Source of the DNA: Candidatus Heimdallarchaeum endolithica
GTDB lineage: Archaea > Asgardarchaeota > Heimdallarchaeia > Heimdallarchaeales > Heimdallarchaeaceae
DNA length: 64,000 nucleotides
NCBI GenBank assembly: GCA_021513715.1
Contig: CP084167.1
Coordinates: 64,001 to 128,000, forward strand
Reading direction: 5' to 3'
Position numbers and translations under genes: made by a program. The notes under the pieces are model-generated. The model worked only from the letters and a program-made list of their open reading frames with translations. It did no database searches and had not been told where the DNA came from. Positions 23,023-33,712 of this stretch are shown here, piece after piece; the first letter of the stretch is position 1, and every line of letters begins with the position of its first letter.

Positions 23023-23646
23023 TCAGAAAGAGGAAGAATTAAAACAACTCATCTTTTTATAAGATTTTTCAACTTTTTTAATTATTTTATTGAAAACCTT
23101 TGAAATAATAACTTGTTCTAGTTTTATTCCTACTATTTCTGAATACTTTTTCAAAATGTAGAAATTTTGGTAAAGCGATAAATCTTGATCTGCGTTTTGG
23201 CTTAATAGACCTAAAAGTTGGTTTAAGATGTTTTTATCAAAATCAAATTTTCTTAAAATTTGTAAATGAGCTTCTTCTATTGCTTTTTTTTGAAATAGAT
23301 GTATAGATTCTGATAATGCGAACATGAACCTTAGGCACTCTGATTCTTCACCTTCAGCTAAAGCTTCAGATTTTATTTTATAAATAGAATAAACTTCCTC
23401 AAAATCAATTCCTAAAATACTTGTTAGAGATTGAATAAATTCTAATTCACTTTTTTCTTCCCATAATTTTGTAATAGAAAATATCTTATCATACATTTTT
23501 TTTATTATTTCTGAACTGCTACTTATTTTCATTTGCTTTTTTGATGTTCTATCTATAAGAAAGAAAGGTTCTTTGAAAAATTGTTGTTGAAGTAAATAAT
23601 TTATCACGTCGCTTATATTACACTGTTCTAAGGTCATCATGTTCAC
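23023..23646 (-). CDS. Hypothetical protein
   Basis: 207-aa ORF; no motif recognised. Confidence 0.6.
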   Translation of the reverse strand: MNMMTLEQCNISDVINYLLQQQFFKEPFFLIDRTSKKQMKISSSSEIIKKMYDKIFSITKLWEEKSELEFIQSLTSILGIDFEEVYSIYKIKSEALAEGEESECLRFMFALSESIHLFQKKAIEEAHLQILRKFDFDKNILNQLLGLLSQNADQDLSLYQNFYILKKYSEIVGIKLEQVIISKVFNKIIKKVEKSYKKMSCFNSSSF

Positions 23647-23758
23647 AAAGTAGAATTGCTTTATAATAAGAAGTCTTTTCTTATTTATATATATTTTTAG
23701 TTATCCACAAATGTTATACAAAAAAGCGAAAAAGAAAAGGTAAAAGTGAAATCACCAA

Positions 23759-25444
23759 CTATAATTTGCTTTTTTTAGAAATAAAAATAGACTTTATCCT
23801 TTCTTTATAAAAAACAAATAAGAAGGAAATTATAATAACTAAAAAATAAATACTGAAGGCTACTATCCATTTCCACCAGATATAGTTATTAGCCCAACAC
23901 AAACTTAATGTTGCTACAGAAAGGGTCATTAACAGTGCTATTGGAGCACTTTTCTTAATCACTTCTCCTTCAATTCCTACTTCATCTATTACAGCAGCTG
24001 CATTTTGTATCTTTGCTGGTGATAGAACAGAAGCTAATCCTCCCCCTACACCATTAGCTGTTCCAACAGCGACAGCTATTAAACCTATTTGTTCTGAAGC
24101 TGTTTTATGCAAAAGAGTGAACATTGCAATAGATGATGTTTCTGAACCACTTACAAAACCGCCTAGTAAACCAATAAATGGTACAATTAAAGGATAATAT
24201 TTGCCAAAAGCGTTTGCTGACGCTGTAGCTAAAATATAGATAATGTTATTTTCAGTAATTTTGAACCAAGAATTATTTTGAAAGATGTATCCTGAATAAA
24301 TTAATAGAAAAGCGACAGCAAAATAGATTGCTGCTGCATAAACAGGACGATAGCTTCTCTTTATCCATTTTTTAGCAGTTTGCACAAGATGTTCTTTTTT
24401 CCAGCCTAAAACAGGAATTGAAAGTATCGTTGCTACAAGAACCCAGAAGTAAGCTTGCTCTAGAAATCTTGTAGTGATAACAATTTCTCCTATTGTAAAT
24501 GCAAAAGGTAGTTGATTATGAAATAAATTAGAAAGAAAAGGTATAAAGTTTACTAAAGACACGAAAAGTATGAGTAATATCCATGGAAACATAGCTCTTA
24601 CTAATGACATTGATTGATCTATTTTCTTTTCTTCTTCTGTAACTACGCTTTTGTCTATTATTTTTACCTTTTTAATTAATGCTAAAATTACTAAAACTGT
24701 AGCAGTAATTATTCCAGATACAACTCCAGTAAGCTTGACTATACCTAAATAATTTGAGATAATAGCTGACACTCCAGCTGTTAATCCGCCCACAATTCCA
24801 AAAGTAAACCCATCTTTACTAAAAAGTAAATCTTTCCCTCCTGCAAGATAGAGCATACCTAAAGCTATTCCTAAAGAAACTAGCGGCATATAATAACTAA
24901 AAGCTATTCCTGATTCTTTCAAAGGAATGTTCATAAACTCTGCAAAAAATACAGCAGGAACAGCAAGTAAAGCATAAGTACATAGAGGGTCATAACCTAT
25001 TGATGGAAGAGCAACTGCTGCAAAAGCGCTATAACCCATAGCTGCTAGAACAGGAGGTAGCATTGTAACAGGTGTTGCACCAATTGAAACAAGAAAAGTT
25101 CCAAATGAGAGATTAATTAACATTATTTGAAAAGCTTTATTTCCTCCACCTATTTTTTTGAACGAAACTACTATCTTAGCAAGAGCTCCAGTCTTTTCCA
25201 TATAAGTCATCATTAAAATGCTTGTTAAAACCATCAAACTAATTGGAAAACTCTTAGCAAGACCGCCTATAGAAGTGAGAAAAGCTATTTTCCAATTTGT
25301 TTTAAAATAAAAAATCGATAGAACTAAGAAAAGTACAAATATTAAGGTTCCAGTAGTATCTGCTTTCCATTTAAATTTTATTAACAAAACGGAAGCTATT
25401 AGAAAAGGTAGTAGTATTAACAAAATGTCAATTACTAAACTCAT
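23759..25444 (-). CDS. lctP: L-lactate permease family transporter
   Basis: Polytopic; GFVSGSETSSIAMF and GGGLASVLSPAKI match LctP C-terminal motifs. Confidence 0.78.
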   Translation of the reverse strand: MSLVIDILLILLPFLIASVLLIKFKWKADTTGTLIFVLFLVLSIFYFKTNWKIAFLTSIGGLAKSFPISLMVLTSILMMTYMEKTGALAKIVVSFKKIGGGNKAFQIMLINLSFGTFLVSIGATPVTMLPPVLAAMGYSAFAAVALPSIGYDPLCTYALLAVPAVFFAEFMNIPLKESGIAFSYYMPLVSLGIALGMLYLAGGKDLLFSKDGFTFGIVGGLTAGVSAIISNYLGIVKLTGVVSGIITATVLVILALIKKVKIIDKSVVTEEEKKIDQSMSLVRAMFPWILLILFVSLVNFIPFLSNLFHNQLPFAFTIGEIVITTRFLEQAYFWVLVATILSIPVLGWKKEHLVQTAKKWIKRSYRPVYAAAIYFAVAFLLIYSGYIFQNNSWFKITENNIIYILATASANAFGKYYPLIVPFIGLLGGFVSGSETSSIAMFTLLHKTASEQIGLIAVAVGTANGVGGGLASVLSPAKIQNAAAVIDEVGIEGEVIKKSAPIALLMTLSVATLSLCWANNYIWWKWIVAFSIYFLVIIISFLFVFYKERIKSIFISKKSKL

Positions 25445-25466
25445 ATCCTTTAAAAAACGAATAAAA

Positions 25467-27521
25467 TTAAAAATGTTCTTGAATCTTTTTAAAAATAGTT
25501 TCAGTTACCCCCTCTTCTTTTAGAATGGGGTATACATCTATAGCATAATTGATCAATCGTGATTTACTATCATGGGTGTAAAAATTGGATATTAGAGAAA
25601 AAGAAAAATTTCCTAAAGGAAAAATTGTTGCAATAAATCCAGAATTGAAAACAAAACGACAATCATTATTGTTATTGTTTACTTTTTCCACATGAATCTC
25701 TTTTGATATCTTGAAAATAAGAGAAACCATTCCTCCCAACAACTCATTTGAAAGAAATAAATTATCCTCAACAAAATTGTAAGACAGTAATACTTTTTCT
25801 TCAGTCGAGTCAATTATTTGTAAAACAAGTAAATTCTCCTTTAATGGAGTAAAAGTTCTGATAATCTCAAAAAAATCTATTTCTGTAAGAACTAAGTGGT
25901 TTAAATCATAATGATAACTATTAACTAATTTTGTTATTTGGCTAGTCTTTTTATTACAATTTGCAAAAAGTTCAACTTCAATGTTGTTAATAATTTGTAG
26001 TAAAATAGAATCAGAGATATTAAATTTGGCTAAAGACTCTTTGATATTGTAGAAAAAAGAGTTAGCTTTATCAGGGAAATCTAAAATAATGAAAAATTGA
26101 GAAATTTGAGTAGTATAATTAATCCACTGAAAAAGACTGAAATATCTTTTTAATACATTATTGCTTTCCTTAAAAATATGAATTATATTGTTTACAATAG
26201 TATTTTTTTCATCATAAATCCTAAATTTTAGGAGATATACTCTAATTAGAATAGAATTTCTTTTAAGAAGACAATAACTACTTTTTAATGTAGAAATTTC
26301 AATATAGTTTTCTAATAGTATTTTTTCTGCATTCCAGATATTTTCTTTTAATAATTCAATTTGAGCCGTTCTTATCTTATATTCAAAAACATATCCTGAG
26401 TTTTCTTCAAGATTTAAGATTTTTTCTATAAAATTCTTGAATAAAATGAGATATTTATTAGCTTCTTCAGTATTTTTGATAGTTAAATAATAATCAAAGG
26501 CAACAGTATAAAGTTGAACCACTTCAAAATTGAATTTATTAGCTAGTTTAAACGATTTCTTCAAATAAGACTCTGAATTTTCAAAATGGTTCAATATCAA
26601 AAAAATTTTACTTAAGTATAAATAAATCCTAATTAAATTTTGAGAAATGTACTTTTTCTCAAAAAAATACATAGTTTCAATCAAGATATCCAAACTTTCA
26701 TCAACATACCCTTTTTGAAAACGTATATAAGCTAAATTTGCCTTTTCGATATTCTTTCTAATTTCAATTTTTAATAATTCAAAAATATTGAAACTTTTTC
26801 TATATAAAATTTCAGCGTTATCTAAATCAAAATAAAATATAATTGATGCTAGTTCTGAAAAAATACAACCTAAAATATACTGATCTTCTAGTTCTTCATT
26901 TTTCAAGATAGTAATCGCTTGAGAAAAAAAGTTTTTTGCTTCTATAATCTTGCCTTTCTTATTATTAATTTTACCTTTCACATACATTAATATTGAATTA
27001 TAATAAGCGATTATTCTTTCTGGGTATTTATCTTTCAAACCTTTAATAATTGTTCCTGCTTTATTTAGTAGAGAATCAATTGGTTCTATTTGATTACAAT
27101 TAAGATGGAATTGTATTTTTTCAATGATATAATCGAAATAGAGAAAAGGAGAAACTTCAGAATTGTTAATAAAAGATTCATCTAAAAAATAAATTAATTC
27201 CTTTGCATCATTGCAACCCATTTCAGTATTTAATAAACCCAAATAATATGTTCCAACCCATATATTCATGTATTGAGAATATAATTGCTCTAATTTTTCT
27301 TTAAAATTGTACATTTTTAGTATATACGCTATTTTACTTTGATAAATAGGGGAAAGTCTAGATTCGATTATTTCTGACCAATTATTCACAATAAGACTAA
27401 CAACATCTACAAGATTAGGAGATTCATGATCAAAAAATACATTTTCTCTATCATCCTCAAAATAATAGTTAAATCTAAATAATTCTCCTAATTGCAAATT
27501 AACTTCTGCTTTTTTTGGCAA
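25467..27521 (-). CDS. TPR-repeat protein with probable C-terminal longin-like domain
   Basis: TPR-like helices followed by LLVLQIID...LLGGMVSLIFKISKEI. Confidence 0.65.
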   Translation of the reverse strand: MPKKAEVNLQLGELFRFNYYFEDDRENVFFDHESPNLVDVVSLIVNNWSEIIESRLSPIYQSKIAYILKMYNFKEKLEQLYSQYMNIWVGTYYLGLLNTEMGCNDAKELIYFLDESFINNSEVSPFLYFDYIIEKIQFHLNCNQIEPIDSLLNKAGTIIKGLKDKYPERIIAYYNSILMYVKGKINNKKGKIIEAKNFFSQAITILKNEELEDQYILGCIFSELASIIFYFDLDNAEILYRKSFNIFELLKIEIRKNIEKANLAYIRFQKGYVDESLDILIETMYFFEKKYISQNLIRIYLYLSKIFLILNHFENSESYLKKSFKLANKFNFEVVQLYTVAFDYYLTIKNTEEANKYLILFKNFIEKILNLEENSGYVFEYKIRTAQIELLKENIWNAEKILLENYIEISTLKSSYCLLKRNSILIRVYLLKFRIYDEKNTIVNNIIHIFKESNNVLKRYFSLFQWINYTTQISQFFIILDFPDKANSFFYNIKESLAKFNISDSILLQIINNIEVELFANCNKKTSQITKLVNSYHYDLNHLVLTEIDFFEIIRTFTPLKENLLVLQIIDSTEEKVLLSYNFVEDNLFLSNELLGGMVSLIFKISKEIHVEKVNNNNNDCRFVFNSGFIATIFPLGNFSFSLISNFYTHDSKSRLINYAIDVYPILKEEGVTETIFKKIQEHF

Positions 27522-27575
27522 TTTAAAAAATCTTTGTTAGTCTTAGTCCAAAAATAAAAAATTAGATTAGAATAA

Positions 27576-27597
27576 AGGAGAAGAATATTCTTCTCCT
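27576..27597. promoter_or_regulatory. Perfect 22-bp palindrome in a divergent intergenic region
   Basis: AGGAGAAGAATATTCTTCTCCT is its own reverse complement. Confidence 0.55.
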
Positions 27598-27696
27598 GCA
27601 GATATGGGAGCAAGAGGTTATCTCGTGCTAATTTGTGGGTATTTATTCTATAACTATTTATCTTATAAATTCAAAAGAAAAAAGTAGACAAAAAAA

Positions 27697-27712
27697 TTTC
27701 CTTCTTTATAAA
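27697..27712 (+). promoter_or_regulatory. TTTC-N4-TATA promoter of the GriD-like gene
   Basis: TTTC-CTTC-TTTATAAA, 30 nt before the ATG at 27743. Confidence 0.65.
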
Positions 27713-27742
27713 TGATTCTTGTAATTAATAATTGAAAATAAA

Positions 27743-29173
27743 ATGAGTTCTTTACTAAGTGATTTACCAACATTAAGAAATGGTACAGAATATTTAAGTT
27801 CAACAAAGGTACCTTTGAAAGGAATAAACGGAAAATTTCTTACTAACATAAGTTTTTCTCCTGAACTTCATATACAAATGGCAATTCCAATAAACAGAGG
27901 AATAGGTTTTCGAAAACTATCAAAAATACCAATAGATGATCTCATTGATATCTATGTTGAAGCTGGAAAGATTTTCTCAAAAGAAATGGTAATAGGTGGT
28001 CAAAGCACTACGCTTGAAGATTGGAACAAACTAATCACTTTATCAACAGGAATGCCTATTTCTGTGGTTAGAAACGCTGTAGGAATGATACCTTCTTTTT
28101 TCAAGAAGGAACAATTAGAACGTTTTCTCACTGCTAACAGTCCTACAGGTGAATTGGAAGTATATGATAAGTTAATGGGAGTTAGAGGAAAAACAAAGTT
28201 TGGTTTCGCTCCAAGAGGAAAAAACGTTGGTGTAGCTCTTCCTGGCAATCATCCTGCAGTAGCTTTATTTGGAGCACTAATTCCATTATTCAAGATTCCT
28301 GCAATAATACGCTCATCAAGCAGTGAACCTTTTACAAGTTATAGAATTTGTAAATCTTTATGGGAAGCAGGAATACCTTCAGAAGCTCTTTTTCACTTTG
28401 TGACTACTCATGCAGAAGTTGATACTTTGGTGACAAAAAGCGATTTAGGAATAGTATTTGGTTCAGATTGGACAATTCAAATGTATGGGAAAAACAATAA
28501 AATTAAAGCTTACGGGCCAGGTAGATCAAAAATACTAGTAGATGCTGATAAGATGAGTACATATAGAATGCGTCAAGCTCTTGATATCGCTTATAGAAGC
28601 ATAACTTATGATGGAGGAAGAGGATGTATTAATGCATCAGGAATAATTTATAATTCAGAAGAAGGATATGATGAATTTAAACACAAACTCGCTAGAAAAC
28701 TAGCTAAGATAGAGCCTTATCATCCTCTTGAAGAAGAATCCCAACTTCCTGCTATGACAAAAGAAGCAGCAATAAATTTAGCAAGTTATATTAATCAAAG
28801 AATGAAAAATACGAAAGATCTAACAGCTGAATATAGGGGATACGATGATTTCCTCTATCTAAATGGAGAATTTGGTTATTTACTTCCAATGCTTTTAGAA
28901 ATTGATGAGAATCATAAGATGCGAACAGATGAATATCCTTTCCCATTTGGAACAATAACAAAAGTTGAGGAATACTTACCTCATGAGCTAGTTAGAGATA
29001 CGCTTGCTTTAAGTGTTATTACAGATAAAAAAGAAAAAGTAAAAGAATATCTATTAGAACCATCGATTCACAAAGTGTTTGTAAATGAGAGTTCTTTTTT
29101 GATGGATTTAGCTGCTCCTCATGAAGGGTTTATGAGTGACTTTCTTTATCAAAAGAAAGCAACTAATTTATAA
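27743..29173 (+). CDS. GriD/LuxC-like aldehyde-dehydrogenase-fold reductase
   Basis: LPGNHP, SSSEPFT, YGPGRSK, catalytic-type Cys in GRGCINAS, EYPFPF. Confidence 0.75.
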   Translation: MSSLLSDLPTLRNGTEYLSSTKVPLKGINGKFLTNISFSPELHIQMAIPINRGIGFRKLSKIPIDDLIDIYVEAGKIFSKEMVIGGQSTTLEDWNKLITLSTGMPISVVRNAVGMIPSFFKKEQLERFLTANSPTGELEVYDKLMGVRGKTKFGFAPRGKNVGVALPGNHPAVALFGALIPLFKIPAIIRSSSSEPFTSYRICKSLWEAGIPSEALFHFVTTHAEVDTLVTKSDLGIVFGSDWTIQMYGKNNKIKAYGPGRSKILVDADKMSTYRMRQALDIAYRSITYDGGRGCINASGIIYNSEEGYDEFKHKLARKLAKIEPYHPLEEESQLPAMTKEAAINLASYINQRMKNTKDLTAEYRGYDDFLYLNGEFGYLLPMLLEIDENHKMRTDEYPFPFGTITKVEEYLPHELVRDTLALSVITDKKEKVKEYLLEPSIHKVFVNESSFLMDLAAPHEGFMSDFLYQKKATNL

Positions 29174-29238
29174 CAAATTTTTCTTATTTTTTTACTTATA
29201 TTCTCAAAATCTCTAAAAAAAGAGAAAGAGTTAGAGCT

Positions 29239-30762
29239 TTATAACCCTAATATAGCTTTAACTAAAGGTAGAAGCACACCAAAGGAGGCAAGTAATCTAG
29301 GTCCCCATACTTGTAAAATAGTTTTGAAATCAATTACTACTCGCATATTGAACATTTGTGTTTCTAGAGGTTCTTCTTTTTCTCTAAACTCAATAGCAAT
29401 CATGTTACTGCCTATATTTTCGCTATGTACTGAAAACCATATACTTGTTCCTTGATAAATAATCCCAGTAACAAGTTTAACAAGAAAGCGTAAATCTGGT
29501 TTTTCATCAAAATCATAATCTTCAGGAATTAGGATAAAATCATCGTACTTACGTATTTTAAATGACATCTCAAAATCATGGGGAGAGAGATCATCAGCTC
29601 CAACAAAACTTAAAGAAATAAAGGGAGAGTAGTCAGGATTTTTGTTTCTATTCCATACGAAGAAGATAATATCTTGGCTTTCTTCTTTCTTTTGAGTAGG
29701 TGGAACTGCACTAGTAAACCAGTATTTTTTCGCATTCATTACATAAGGAGTTTCTTTAAGAGTAAAAATAATTCTGTCAATAATCAAAAATAAATCCCTA
29801 TTTTTCTTGAGTAAAATTGAGAATATTTTTTTCCAAGTTTCTAAATTAAACTCATATTTGTAAAATAGATTATCAATCCTTTCTTCAGGAATAATCCTTT
29901 TTATTTCACTCCTTAAGATGTCAAAATTAATTAAACTTGGAAATCGATGGTGCAAATAAAAAAGAATTAGAATATTTTGAACTGCTAAATTTTTTCTTTC
30001 TATTAGAAAATCAATTTTAGGAGCAAAATCCTCGTTTAATTCCTTAACTGACTTTTCACTCCATTTCAAGAAATAGATTCGTGTTATAGGATCAAGCAAA
30101 GTGAATACTGCATCATGAAAGTATGAATTTAAAACATATTTATGTCTTGAAGGTTTATAGTATTTTAACAAAGTTCCAATTCTTAAATCAGCAATTGAAG
30201 GAATACGAAAAATCAATGCTGCTGCAATTGTAAAAAACAGAAAGCTCAAGGTTAGATAAAGATTAAGAGATGCTAGTTTTTCTTCACTAATAATATAATT
30301 AAAAAATCTCGCAAACTCTTCTTTGATTTTAATAGCAAAATAAAAAAACAGCCAAGATAAAATAGCAAGAAAAAGGATAACAAAAATGAAAAAATTACTC
30401 ATTTTATAACGTCTCTCCAGATTCCTGAAACCTTCAGCTGACTCTATTGGTTTTCCTTCTTCTTTTAGTTTTTTCACTTCATTGTCGAATGATAGTGAGA
30501 CAAAAATAGCATTTATTGAGAGCAATAAACTATTTCCTAAAAGCACTCCCCAACCGATATTGATTGCTAACAAAAAAGAAGAAGAGGTTATTGCTGCTAC
30601 TGATACTCCTTCCAGCGAGATTATTCCTATAAGAAAAATGGTTACTATAAAAGACAAAATATAACCTATAAACCTTGAGTAAAAATTAATTAATTTAGCT
30701 AAATAAAGCACCATAGTTAAAGATAATATTGTAGTTTTATATATGTTTACTAATATTTTCAA
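29239..30762 (-). CDS. Hypothetical membrane protein
   Basis: N-terminal TM helices, soluble domain, hydrophobic C-terminus. Confidence 0.7.
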   Translation of the reverse strand: MKILVNIYKTTILSLTMVLYLAKLINFYSRFIGYILSFIVTIFLIGIISLEGVSVAAITSSSFLLAINIGWGVLLGNSLLLSINAIFVSLSFDNEVKKLKEEGKPIESAEGFRNLERRYKMSNFFIFVILFLAILSWLFFYFAIKIKEEFARFFNYIISEEKLASLNLYLTLSFLFFTIAAALIFRIPSIADLRIGTLLKYYKPSRHKYVLNSYFHDAVFTLLDPITRIYFLKWSEKSVKELNEDFAPKIDFLIERKNLAVQNILILFYLHHRFPSLINFDILRSEIKRIIPEERIDNLFYKYEFNLETWKKIFSILLKKNRDLFLIIDRIIFTLKETPYVMNAKKYWFTSAVPPTQKKEESQDIIFFVWNRNKNPDYSPFISLSFVGADDLSPHDFEMSFKIRKYDDFILIPEDYDFDEKPDLRFLVKLVTGIIYQGTSIWFSVHSENIGSNMIAIEFREKEEPLETQMFNMRVVIDFKTILQVWGPRLLASFGVLLPLVKAILGL

Positions 30763-30795
30763 CAGACAGGTTTTTTACAAGTCAATTCATTTGAT

Positions 30796-31767
30796 CTATA
30801 ATAACCAAGAAATATCATACGATTCTGTTTTTTTGTCTAATAATAAAAGAAGATTCTCTTGTTTTAGTTGTTCTACTTTATCTTTAATCACATCTTCACT
30901 GTAGCTCTCTAAATGATCAAATAGCTCTTCTAGAGTAATTCCGTTCTTTTTCCTATTTTTTATACAAATTATTAGTATCTTCTTTTTTAGCTCATCGTCC
31001 ATCGTTAGTATTTCTTGTAAACCATAGAAGGCAGGTAAAGTATTTGTTTCAATTATATGTGTTAGTTGTAAGGAAAAAAGTTTGATTGTTTCTTCATTCA
31101 AGTCCTCTTCAAAACTTAACCATGTAACATATCGTTCAATTAAAAGACTAGCTTTGTCTTGTACTGTAGAAAATTTTGTATAATTTACCTTGTCAAAAAG
31201 CAATAATAGGCAAGTTGGAACTAAACCAAAATCTCCTTGAAGATAGAAAATAATAGGTACAATCCAAAAGTCTAATTCTCTAAAATAATCACTTTTAAGA
31301 ACTATATAAGGCATGTTTTCTTTTTTTGTATATAATTTTTCAACACTTTTCATCGCTTTATCTTTAAGTTTTTTTAGTGAGGAAGAAGAAAAGTCTGATT
31401 TATCGAATAATATTAGTTTATCTTGATTTCTAATATATCCTAGAACGTTTACTGTAGGTAAAGCTTCTTTATTTTTTATTACGTCTCTGATTGTTATTGT
31501 AATTTCTTCAGGAAGTGTTTTTGTTGGAAATTGTTTTTTCAAAAACCCAAGAGTTATAGTTCTATTAGAACTTAATTGCTTTTTTAGATATTGAGGACCG
31601 GGTAAAAGATCATGTTCAACTGTACCTATTATTGTATCACCAGTTTCAATGAAACTCAAGTGAGAGGGAATAGAAACTCGATTAAAACTAATAACTGATA
31701 ATTTTAGAGTAATTGGTAATATTTTTGTCTCTTCACTTTCATTATTTGCTGGAGTTGGTTTGGTCAT
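30796..31767 (-). CDS. Hypothetical protein, possible C-terminal winged HTH
   Basis: C-terminal GITLEELFDHL...VEQLKQENLL pattern. Confidence 0.6.
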   Translation of the reverse strand: MTKPTPANNESEETKILPITLKLSVISFNRVSIPSHLSFIETGDTIIGTVEHDLLPGPQYLKKQLSSNRTITLGFLKKQFPTKTLPEEITITIRDVIKNKEALPTVNVLGYIRNQDKLILFDKSDFSSSSLKKLKDKAMKSVEKLYTKKENMPYIVLKSDYFRELDFWIVPIIFYLQGDFGLVPTCLLLLFDKVNYTKFSTVQDKASLLIERYVTWLSFEEDLNEETIKLFSLQLTHIIETNTLPAFYGLQEILTMDDELKKKILIICIKNRKKNGITLEELFDHLESYSEDVIKDKVEQLKQENLLLLLDKKTESYDISWLL

Positions 31768-31813
31768 TCTAATTACTTAGAGATTTTTTACATTATAAAC
31801 TTACTTAACTATT

Positions 31814-31830
31814 TTTCTCTACTTTTTATA
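31814..31830 (+). promoter_or_regulatory. Possible TTTC-N5-TATA promoter of the XPD-like helicase
   Basis: TTTC-TCTAC-TTTTTATA, 29 nt before the ATG at 31860; weaker match. Confidence 0.4.
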
Positions 31831-31850
31831 TCATTTGAAAAATTATTTTA

Positions 31851-33665
31851 TTGGATGAGATGGTTATAAATCAGCAAGTAAATAAAGAAACAACACAAAT
31901 TCAGAAAGAAGAATGGAATAGAGTAAAAGATCTTTTTCCTTTTCCAGAAATAAAAAAAGATCAACTTAGCTTTATTAACAGAGTACTAACTACAAAAAAC
32001 CCTTTACTTGTCTCTGCTACTACTGGAGTTGGAAAAACTGCTGCATTATTAGTTAGTTTGCTTGCTATAAAAAAACCTGGTGAAAAAGTAATTATTTTCG
32101 TTAGAACTAAAGCACAAATAAATGTCTTTCTTAAAGAATTTGGGCTTATCTACAAAAAAATAATTGCTAATTGGGATAAATTGAAGGAACATTTTAATTA
32201 TAACTTGCCTTTAGTTTTAACAATTTTAGGAAAAAATGAACTTTGTGTAAAAAGAAACAAAAAATATCCTGGAGAAATGTATACTCACATCTGTTCTTTA
32301 ACAAAATGTACATTAAAACAGAAAACAAAGCTTCTAACTAATACTCAAATAAAGAAAATAGCTAAAGGCCTTTTTTCAGTTTACCCAGAAATGAATTCTA
32401 AAGAAGATCTAGTATCGGTTTATGAGAGTACTAATTATTGCCCATATTATGTCAATTTTATACTTGCTCAAAATGCAGATGTAGTAATAACAAGTTATCC
32501 TTTTCTTGAAGATTATTTTCTATTTAACTACCTCTTTAACAGGTTAAAAATAGATATTTCGAAAGCTATAATTGCAGTTGATGAAGCTCATAATTTATTT
32601 CAAGTGCTAAACTTGGAAATTACAAAGAGTATTTTAGAAAAAGCAGTAGAGGAGAACAATCATCCTTTTATTCAAAATCTTCTTGAAAAAATAACTGAAA
32701 CACAAGTTTTTAATTACAAATTAGATGACGAAGAACTAAAAAATTTTGAAAAAGAGATTTTAAAGAAACTTAACATTCAATACAGGAAAGAGGAGATTAA
32801 ATCTATCAACGCCTATATTGCTTATCATTTTATAAAAGAAAGTCAAGGGAAAAGAGTAATATCAGATACAAAGAGATTATCAACTATTAATCCTCTACCC
32901 TCTACTATTTTAAGGAAAATCGTTGGTGCAAAAAAAATAGTAATGATGAGTGGAAGTTTTGAACCTATTCACTCATTTCAAAGGCTTTTTGGTTTACCTA
33001 AATCAGAAAAGTTACAACTTTACTCATCCAATTCAAAAAATTCGAAATATTTGATCTTATCAAATAAAGATTTTAATGGTAAGTATCAATACAGAAATGA
33101 AAAATATTTCTTAAACATTGCTAAAGCCATTGATAGAATTAACAAGGCAATACCTGGTCATGTTCTTGTTTTCTGTCCATCCTACAAATATCTAAATGAG
33201 CTAACCAAAAATTATTTTCTAAATGTAGATATTATAGAAACACCAAAAATGGACATCTCCACTGTTCAAGCTATATTGTCAAATGCAGATGAAAAAAAAG
33301 TTGTTGCCTGTGTTGTTGGAGGAAAAATCTCAGAGGGAATTGAATTCACTAAAAATGGTAAAAGTATTATCAAAGGTGTTATTATCACAACCCTCCCTTT
33401 TCCTCCTCCTGACCCTAGAAACCAAATTTTGAGAGAAGAACTCACTAAAAGATATGGAAAAAAATTTGCAATAGATTTTACCATAATAATACCAACTGTT
33501 CAAAGGATGATACAATCTTTTGGAAGAGCAATAAGAAATGAAACTGATAAGGCAGTTCATATACTATTAGACCCAAGAGGAACTAGATTCAATAAAGAAT
33601 TTCGCTTTGAACGTTACAAAACCATTGAACAAATACAAAAAGCAATAACAAAATTTCTTTTGTAA
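31851..33665 (+). CDS. XPD/Rad3/DinG-family SF2 helicase
   Basis: ATTGVGKT, Fe-S-type cysteines (LC...C...C...CPYY), DEAH, SEGIEF, QSFGRAIR, LLDPR. Confidence 0.88.
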   Translation: MDEMVINQQVNKETTQIQKEEWNRVKDLFPFPEIKKDQLSFINRVLTTKNPLLVSATTGVGKTAALLVSLLAIKKPGEKVIIFVRTKAQINVFLKEFGLIYKKIIANWDKLKEHFNYNLPLVLTILGKNELCVKRNKKYPGEMYTHICSLTKCTLKQKTKLLTNTQIKKIAKGLFSVYPEMNSKEDLVSVYESTNYCPYYVNFILAQNADVVITSYPFLEDYFLFNYLFNRLKIDISKAIIAVDEAHNLFQVLNLEITKSILEKAVEENNHPFIQNLLEKITETQVFNYKLDDEELKNFEKEILKKLNIQYRKEEIKSINAYIAYHFIKESQGKRVISDTKRLSTINPLPSTILRKIVGAKKIVMMSGSFEPIHSFQRLFGLPKSEKLQLYSSNSKNSKYLILSNKDFNGKYQYRNEKYFLNIAKAIDRINKAIPGHVLVFCPSYKYLNELTKNYFLNVDIIETPKMDISTVQAILSNADEKKVVACVVGGKISEGIEFTKNGKSIIKGVIITTLPFPPPDPRNQILREELTKRYGKKFAIDFTIIIPTVQRMIQSFGRAIRNETDKAVHILLDPRGTRFNKEFRFERYKTIEQIQKAITKFLL

Positions 33666-33712
33666 TACAAAATACAAATTTTATTAAAAAAACTAAAAGT
33701 GTTATTTCGATA

